Source: Promethearchaeota archaeon (GTDB taxonomy: Archaea; Asgardarchaeota; Lokiarchaeia; Sigyniarchaeales; SOKP01). Taken from it: a stretch of DNA of 64,000 nucleotides. The stretch spans positions 352,001 through 416,000 of the forward strand of contig JBHLOY010000003.1 in NCBI GenBank assembly GCA_048939995.1, in the 5' to 3' direction. The notes below the pieces were generated by a model. It saw only the letters and a list, made by a program, of their open reading frames with translations, did no database searches and was not told the origin of the DNA. Positions 58,348 through 64,000 of the stretch are shown here, in pieces; position 1 is the stretch's first letter; each line of letters starts with the position of its first letter. Both the position numbers and the translations under genes were made by a program.

Positions 58348-59385
58348 ATGCCCTCAATAAGAAATTTATTTAAAAAGTCATTAACTGAACATAAAACAGC
58401 CTTTTTAATATTAGTTTTAATAATTGTGGGAGGAGTAATTGGAGTATATTTCGTAGTGGATTACTTAAATGCACAAAATCCAGAAAAAATAACATTAGCT
58501 ACTACAACATCAACTTACGATTCTGGATTATTAGATTATTTATTACCAAAATTTACTGAATTAACTGGAATTCAAGTTAGTATATTATCAGTAGGTACAG
58601 GAACCGCAATACAATATGGTAAAGATGGAAATGTGGATGTGATTCTCGTTCATTCGAGATCAAGAGAGGATGATTTTGTAAATGCAAGTCTTGGTGTCAA
58701 TGGAATTTCGTTTGGTATTCATCGTGCATGTGTCATGTTTAATGATTTTATTATTGTTGGACACGAATCAAATCCTGCCAATTTACAAATCGGTGATAAT
58801 ATAACAACAGTTATGATAAAATTAAGAGACGCTATTGATATAGGTAACATGACATTTTATTCAAGAGGAGATAATTCTGGAACTCATTCGAAAGAAAAAG
58901 AATTATGGGGATTAATTGGTGTTATTGCAGAGACAAGATGGGCTTTAGCACCTGATAAATATACAGAAACAGGACAAGGTATGGCAGAAACACTATTAAT
59001 GACTTATGAAGATATCGATCCTGCCCATGAAGGATACACCTTAGTTGATAGAGGTACATGGCTTTCCTTCAACGATACATACACCTCACTAAACATTTTA
59101 GCTGAATCTGTTATTGGTGAGAATTTCCTACTTAATCCATACGGTGTTATTCCTATTAATCCAATATTATATCAAAATATAAAATATATTTCTGCTTGCC
59201 GATTTGTAGGGTTCCTTACCTCAAATTACGGACAGTCATTAATTAATTCATTCAAAAAAAATAATGCTACTTTATTTCACGCTGATTTTGGAACATGTAA
59301 TTATGAAACAAGCTGCATGACAACTGAGGATGAAATAGCTATCTGGACTCCTTTTCAAGCTGAATTCGCAGGATTAACAATATAG
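58348..59385 (+). CDS. tupA: Tungstate ABC transporter substrate-binding protein
   Basis: LATTTSTYDSGLL, GTGTA, SRGDNSGTH and DRGTW motifs. Confidence 0.93.
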   Translation: MPSIRNLFKKSLTEHKTAFLILVLIIVGGVIGVYFVVDYLNAQNPEKITLATTTSTYDSGLLDYLLPKFTELTGIQVSILSVGTGTAIQYGKDGNVDVILVHSRSREDDFVNASLGVNGISFGIHRACVMFNDFIIVGHESNPANLQIGDNITTVMIKLRDAIDIGNMTFYSRGDNSGTHSKEKELWGLIGVIAETRWALAPDKYTETGQGMAETLLMTYEDIDPAHEGYTLVDRGTWLSFNDTYTSLNILAESVIGENFLLNPYGVIPINPILYQNIKYISACRFVGFLTSNYGQSLINSFKKNNATLFHADFGTCNYETSCMTTEDEIAIWTPFQAEFAGLTI

Positions 59386-59438
59386 AATTACATTTTTCAA
59401 TTTCAATTTAAATAGAAAAATAACTTTAAAACAAGATA

Positions 59439-60134
59439 ATGGTAAATGAAATTATTGAAGGAATATTAGAAGCAATACGTTTAATATTTACATTTGATCC
59501 CGAGGTTTGGGGTATTATTGGTGTTTCTTTTCGAGTTTCTTTAACCTCAACTTTTCTTGCTGCTTTAGTAGCACTACCAATTGGGTCATTTATAGGTTTA
59601 AGAGAATTTAAAGGAAAAAGAAGTCTAACTAATCTGATTAATACTTTTATGGGATTTCCTCCTGTAGTTATGGGATTAATAGTTTATTTACTACTTTCTC
59701 GAACTGGTCCTCTTGGTGCTTTAGGGTTATTGTATTCGACAACTGCCATGATTTTTGTTCAATTTCTTTTGGCAGTTCCAATAATTATGGGAACAGCAAA
59801 GGCTGCCATTGAAAGCGTGGATCCTACTTTAAAGGAAACTGTGCTCTCATTGGGGGCAAATGAACGTCAGTTATGGTGGGAATTAATAAAAAGTTCAAGG
59901 AGATCAATAATAGCAGGATTTCTTGTTGCTTTTGGTCAAGCTATTTCAGAAGTAGGTGCCGTTATAATAGTGGGAGGTAATATCAGGTGGGAAACAAGAA
60001 CATTTACAACCGCGATTGTACTTCAAACTCGTATGGGAGAATTTGGAATGGCAATAGCGTTAGGGATTATTCTTCTTCTAATCGCTTTTATTATAAATTA
60101 TGGAATGACTCGTTTACAATCTAGGGCTAATTAA
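59439..60134 (+). CDS. tupB: Tungstate ABC transporter permease
   Basis: PPVVMGL..YLLLSRTGPLG and ISEVGAV.IVGGNI motifs. Confidence 0.93.
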   Translation: MVNEIIEGILEAIRLIFTFDPEVWGIIGVSFRVSLTSTFLAALVALPIGSFIGLREFKGKRSLTNLINTFMGFPPVVMGLIVYLLLSRTGPLGALGLLYSTTAMIFVQFLLAVPIIMGTAKAAIESVDPTLKETVLSLGANERQLWWELIKSSRRSIIAGFLVAFGQAISEVGAVIIVGGNIRWETRTFTTAIVLQTRMGEFGMAIALGIILLLIAFIINYGMTRLQSRAN

Positions 60135-60135
60135 T

Positions 60136-61227
60136 ATGAAAATAATTGAAATTAGTAATCTTTGCAAAGAATACTATAAAGAAAAGGAATCTTCAATAAG
60201 GGTTCTCTCTAATATTAGTTTTTCAGTTAATAAAGCAGAATTTTTTGTTATTATCGGTCCAAATGGAAGCGGTAAAACTACTCTACTTAGGTTAATAGGC
60301 TTGCTTGATTCACCAACAAGTGGAAAAATATATTATAATAATAAAGATTTAACAAATATTTCACGAAAAGAGAGAGTAAGAATACGAAGGCAATTCTCTT
60401 TTGTTAGACAAAAACCGGTAGTAAGGAATACAACTGTATTCAATAATATTGCTTATGGTCTTAAGATACGTGGCGTTAAGTTTAATGAATATAAAAAATC
60501 TGTAGAGGAAATAATTGAATTTATAGGATTGAAGGGTATGGAAAACAAAAATGCACGGTCATTATCTGGTGGAGAAATGCAGCGTGTAGCAATTGCAATG
60601 AATTTTATTATTAATCCCGAAATTTACCTATTAGATGAAGTCTCAGCAAATCTTGATTCAATGAATCTCAAATTATTAGAAGATTTTATAATGAAAATAA
60701 AGCAAGAGAGAGGAAAGACTATCATTATGAGCACTCATGATCCAATTGAAGCTATAAAATATGCAGATCGTATTGCCGTACTAAATAGTGGACAAATAAC
60801 TCAAATTGGAACTCCAAATGAGATATTCACCGCACCAAAAGATGAATTTACAGCTCTTTTTATGGGATATGAAAATATTTTTCATGGATTTGCAAAATTA
60901 GATGAATCTTCAGGATTATTACTGGTTAAAGTAAATGATTTAGTTATAACAGCATCCAGTCAGCAGGAGGGTGAGGTAAAAGTATGCATTCGCCCAGAAA
61001 GTATAGGGATAGTTAAAGAGTCTGTGGAGGATACGAGCTATAGAAATACATTTAAAGGAATCATTGAGAATGTCCGTGAACTCGGTAATATTTGTCATTT
61101 AATTGTTAAATGCCAATCTGAAAAATTCTTGATTACAGTAACAGATTTATCAAGAAGGAATTTAGCACTAGAAATCAATTCTGAAGTGTTTATCAATTTT
61201 AAAGCGACAGACGTTAAAATATTATGA
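60136..61227 (+). CDS. tupC: Tungstate ABC transporter ATPase with a TOBE domain
   Basis: GPNGSGKT, LSGGE, LLDE and STHD motifs; C-terminal TOBE-like region. Confidence 0.9.
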   Translation: MKIIEISNLCKEYYKEKESSIRVLSNISFSVNKAEFFVIIGPNGSGKTTLLRLIGLLDSPTSGKIYYNNKDLTNISRKERVRIRRQFSFVRQKPVVRNTTVFNNIAYGLKIRGVKFNEYKKSVEEIIEFIGLKGMENKNARSLSGGEMQRVAIAMNFIINPEIYLLDEVSANLDSMNLKLLEDFIMKIKQERGKTIIMSTHDPIEAIKYADRIAVLNSGQITQIGTPNEIFTAPKDEFTALFMGYENIFHGFAKLDESSGLLLVKVNDLVITASSQQEGEVKVCIRPESIGIVKESVEDTSYRNTFKGIIENVRELGNICHLIVKCQSEKFLITVTDLSRRNLALEINSEVFINFKATDVKIL

Positions 61228-61293
61228 ATAAATTTTTAAGAAATATCAATTTAAATTATTTAACCGTTATGTATCGCGAGTGATATCGTTAAA

Positions 61294-61728
61294 ATGATTG
61301 ATATATCTAACAAAGAAACAATTCTTAGGATAGCCACAGCCTCGGGCGGGATTAAACTAAAAAAAGAAACAATTGATAAGATTAGGAATAACCAAGTTGA
61401 AAAGGGAGATGCATTAACTATAGCTAAAATTACTGCTATTAGTGCAGTAAAAAAAGTTCCTGAATTAGTTCCTTTTTGTCATCCCATTGACATAACAAAT
61501 GTTGATGTAGATTTTGAGATCGAGGATGAAAAAATAAATGTAATATGTAAAGTTAAGAGTATCGCTAAAACAGGAGTTGAAATAGAAGCTCTAACTGGAG
61601 TTAGTATCGCCCTTTTGAACTTATGGGATGTAGTTAAGAAATATGAAAAGGATGATAAGGGACAATATCCCACAACAGAAATTTTTGACATAAGTGTTGT
61701 AGAAAAAATCAAAAAATGGAACTCTTAG
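61294..61728 (+). CDS. moaC: Cyclic pyranopterin monophosphate synthase MoaC
   Basis: [22 protein letters not shown] and WDVVK motifs. Confidence 0.95.
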   Translation: MIDISNKETILRIATASGGIKLKKETIDKIRNNQVEKGDALTIAKITAISAVKKVPELVPFCHPIDITNVDVDFEIEDEKINVICKVKSIAKTGVEIEALTGVSIALLNLWDVVKKYEKDDKGQYPTTEIFDISVVEKIKKWNS

Positions 61729-61731
61729 GAT

Positions 61732-62652
61732 ATGAAAGATAAATGTAACAGAGAAATTAAGCACATTAGATTTTCTATTACCTCTAAATGTAATTATGAT
61801 TGCATTTATTGTGATCAAGAAGGTTTTATCCCTAAAACTTCAGATTTAACTGTTAAAGAAATCACTAATTTATGTAAAATATTAGCTGAAATACTTAAAG
61901 TAACAAGAATTAAGTTTACTGGAGGAGAACCTTTATGTCGAGAAGAAGTCGTTCAAATAATAAAAAATGTGGCTGATCTGCACTTATACAAAGATATTTC
62001 CATAACTACTAATGGATTGCTTTTATATGAAAAAGCAGATGAATTATATAAATCAGGCTTAAATAGGATAAATGTTTCATTGGGATCACTCAACCGAGAA
62101 GTATATAAATTTATATATGGTTCAGATACTCTAAATAGGGTTTTGATGGGTTTAAAACTAGCGAAAGAAGTAGGGTTAAATCCAATAAAATTAAATTTTG
62201 TTTTAATGAAGGGACTTAATGATAATGAATTAGAGTCTATGTTCGACTTTTGCGGAAAAAATGGATACATTCTACAATTAATTGAATTACACGAAGTATC
62301 AAGTTCAGTAGTAAAGAATGGTGAATTTTATAGTAAATATCACATGGATATTAAACCTATCATAGATAAACTTGAATCAAGAGCAAAAAAAACAATAATA
62401 AGAGGTTCTATGCAAAATCGAAAAGTCTTCATATTACCTAATTCAGTAACAATTGAAACAATCACACCTAGTCATGAATCTTGTATGGGCTGCACTAAAT
62501 TGCGTGTAGGATGTGATGGAAATCTTTTTGGATGTTTATATCGATCTGAACTTGGAAAGAATATTAAGGAAGCTCTGAAGAATCATTATTCATTATCCAA
62601 ATATGAAGAAATTGTCAAACAAGTGGTAGATTCACGAGAGCCTTACTATTAA
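61732..62652 (+). CDS. moaA: GTP 3',8-cyclase MoaA (radical SAM)
   Basis: CNYDCIYC, TGGEP, TTNG and C-terminal CxxC...C motifs. Confidence 0.95.
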   Translation: MKDKCNREIKHIRFSITSKCNYDCIYCDQEGFIPKTSDLTVKEITNLCKILAEILKVTRIKFTGGEPLCREEVVQIIKNVADLHLYKDISITTNGLLLYEKADELYKSGLNRINVSLGSLNREVYKFIYGSDTLNRVLMGLKLAKEVGLNPIKLNFVLMKGLNDNELESMFDFCGKNGYILQLIELHEVSSSVVKNGEFYSKYHMDIKPIIDKLESRAKKTIIRGSMQNRKVFILPNSVTIETITPSHESCMGCTKLRVGCDGNLFGCLYRSELGKNIKEALKNHYSLSKYEEIVKQVVDSREPYY

Positions 62653-62678
62653 CAAATATTAAAATATGAATTGAAATT

Positions 62679-62957
62679 ATGAAAGTAGAAGTTCTATATT
62701 TTGCGGAATTTAAGGAGATAACAAGAAAAGAGAAAGAGGAATTTAATTTATCTAGTGAAAATTTACTGGACCTATTAAATTTATTATTTGATAAATATAA
62801 GCTAAAAGATTTAATTTGGGATGAAAGATGTCAAAAAATACATGATATGATTTCAATTATAATAAATAACCAATCTATTCAAGAGAAAAATCCTTTATTA
62901 ATTAGTTTAAAGAATGGGGATAAAGTTGCTTTTTTATTACCAGTATCAGGAGGGTAA
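62679..62957 (+). CDS. moaD: MoaD/ThiS-family sulfur carrier
   Basis: Ubiquitin-like fold ending in PVSGG. Confidence 0.92.
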   Translation: MKVEVLYFAEFKEITRKEKEEFNLSSENLLDLLNLLFDKYKLKDLIWDERCQKIHDMISIIINNQSIQEKNPLLISLKNGDKVAFLLPVSGG

Positions 62958-62963
62958 AATCTA

Positions 62964-63407
62964 ATGAAAGGTGGGATAAAAATTAAATCTGGGATATATA
63001 ATAAAGGAGAAATTGAATTAGAAAGCATAATTAATTCTGTTAAGGCAAATCCCAAAATAAAGGAAGCTGGATCTATCCATACTTTTACTGGAATTGTAAG
63101 GAATAGTTCTAATAATGGCAAACCAGTAATTGGAATGAAAATTGATGCATATGATGAATTAGCCAGTAAAAGTATAACTGATATTTGTGAAAGATTGAAG
63201 AGAATAAACGGAATTATAGATATTAAAATTATTCATTTAAAGGGAGATTTTAATCTTTCTGAAGATTTAGTTTATGTTGTTGTAGCATCTGCACACAGAA
63301 AAGAAGGGTTTGAGGTTATTAAAAAAGCGATTGAAATGTACAAAAAAGAAGTAGCAGTTTGGAAGAGAGAAGATTTTAATGATGGAACATCAGAATGGAT
63401 TCATTAA
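62964..63407 (+). CDS. moaE: Molybdopterin synthase catalytic subunit
   Basis: FTGIVR, SAHRKE and VWKRE motifs. Confidence 0.93.
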   Translation: MKGGIKIKSGIYNKGEIELESIINSVKANPKIKEAGSIHTFTGIVRNSSNNGKPVIGMKIDAYDELASKSITDICERLKRINGIIDIKIIHLKGDFNLSEDLVYVVVASAHRKEGFEVIKKAIEMYKKEVAVWKREDFNDGTSEWIH

Positions 63408-63449
63408 ATTGATTTAGAAAATACTAAATTATGAGTTTTATATACAAAA

Positions 63450-64000
63450 ATGAAATTTCTAAAGACTATTAGCGTGGAAGAGTTTAGAACTATACTTAAT
63501 TCAATAGAAAAGATTACTCCCTCCGATGAACTAGTCTCTTTAGAAGATAGCTTTAAGAGAATAATTTCTAAAGACATAGTTAGTCGAATAAATGTTCCAC
63601 ATTTTAGAAAGTCACGGATGGATGGGTATGCTGTAATTGCTGAGGACACATTCGAAGCAGAAGAAGACAATTTAGTCGAGCTTGAATTAATTGACACAAT
63701 AAAAGCGGGAGAAATCCCTCAAAGGAAGCTAAAAACCGGTCAATGTTCTTATGTAGCAACAGGAGCTGCAATCCCAGATAATTCTAATGGAGTAGTAATG
63801 GTCGAGTTCACAGAAAAATTAATAAATAATAAAATTTTAATTTCTAAGGCTATAACCCCTGGAACTCATATTATAGAAATCGGACATGATATAAAAAAGG
63901 GGGATATCATTGTGAAAAAAGACAAATTGATTGATTTAGCTACTTTAGGGATTTTTGCTTCATGTGGTATCAGAGATGTACCTGTTTATGAGAAACCAAT
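63450..64000 (+). CDS. moeA: Molybdopterin molybdo/tungsto-transferase MoeA (partial, runs off the window)
   Basis: Manual translation MKFLKTISVEEF...VPHFRKSRMDGYAV...VATGAAIP...VVMVE; absent from the ORF track because there is no stop in the window. Confidence 0.92.
   Translation, partial: MKFLKTISVEEFRTILNSIEKITPSDELVSLEDSFKRIISKDIVSRINVPHFRKSRMDGYAVIAEDTFEAEEDNLVELELIDTIKAGEIPQRKLKTGQCSYVATGAAIPDNSNGVVMVEFTEKLINNKILISKAITPGTHIIEIGHDIKKGDIIVKKDKLIDLATLGIFASCGIRDVPVYEKP

Overview
AT-rich archaeal window whose gene content (roadblock-Rab-like GTPase fusion, gelsolin-like protein, 7TM proteins with longin-like tails, TPR protein, GGTGA ribosome-binding sites) points to an Asgard (Lokiarchaeia-like) genome; the taxonomy is inferred, not shown. 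Layout: (1) 1-16.1 kb, the 3' part of a giant (>5,370 aa) membrane-anchored surface protein built of 279-bp tandem repeats with a 7-unit higher-order period. (2) 19.4-31.8 kb, a nearly complete isoprenoid-lipid cluster encoding the archaeal 'modified' mevalonate pathway: HMGS with a DUF35-like tail, class II HMGR, mevalonate kinase, AcnX-type phosphomevalonate dehydratase, UbiD decarboxylase plus UbiX and an LpdD-like protein, an IPK-IDI2 fusion, GGPP synthase and geranylgeranyl reductase. (3) GH38 mannosidase, phosphatase-family protein and two solitary DNA methyltransferases. (4) A patch of eukaryotic-signature-like genes at 39-47 kb. (5) tRNA-Leu(CAG) followed by a small variable region with a P1B ATPase. 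(6) A kinase, a coiled-coil/winged-helix gene pair, and a tungstate ABC transporter plus Moco/Wco biosynthesis operon running off the right edge. The standout observation: the mevalonate kinase gene is interrupted inside its conserved GEH motif by a 31-nt, frame-shifting, stop-containing insert (27867-27897). The insert folds into a relaxed bulge-helix-bulge motif whose canonical cut sites restore the reading frame exactly, making it a candidate endonuclease-spliced mRNA micro-intron in a core lipid gene.
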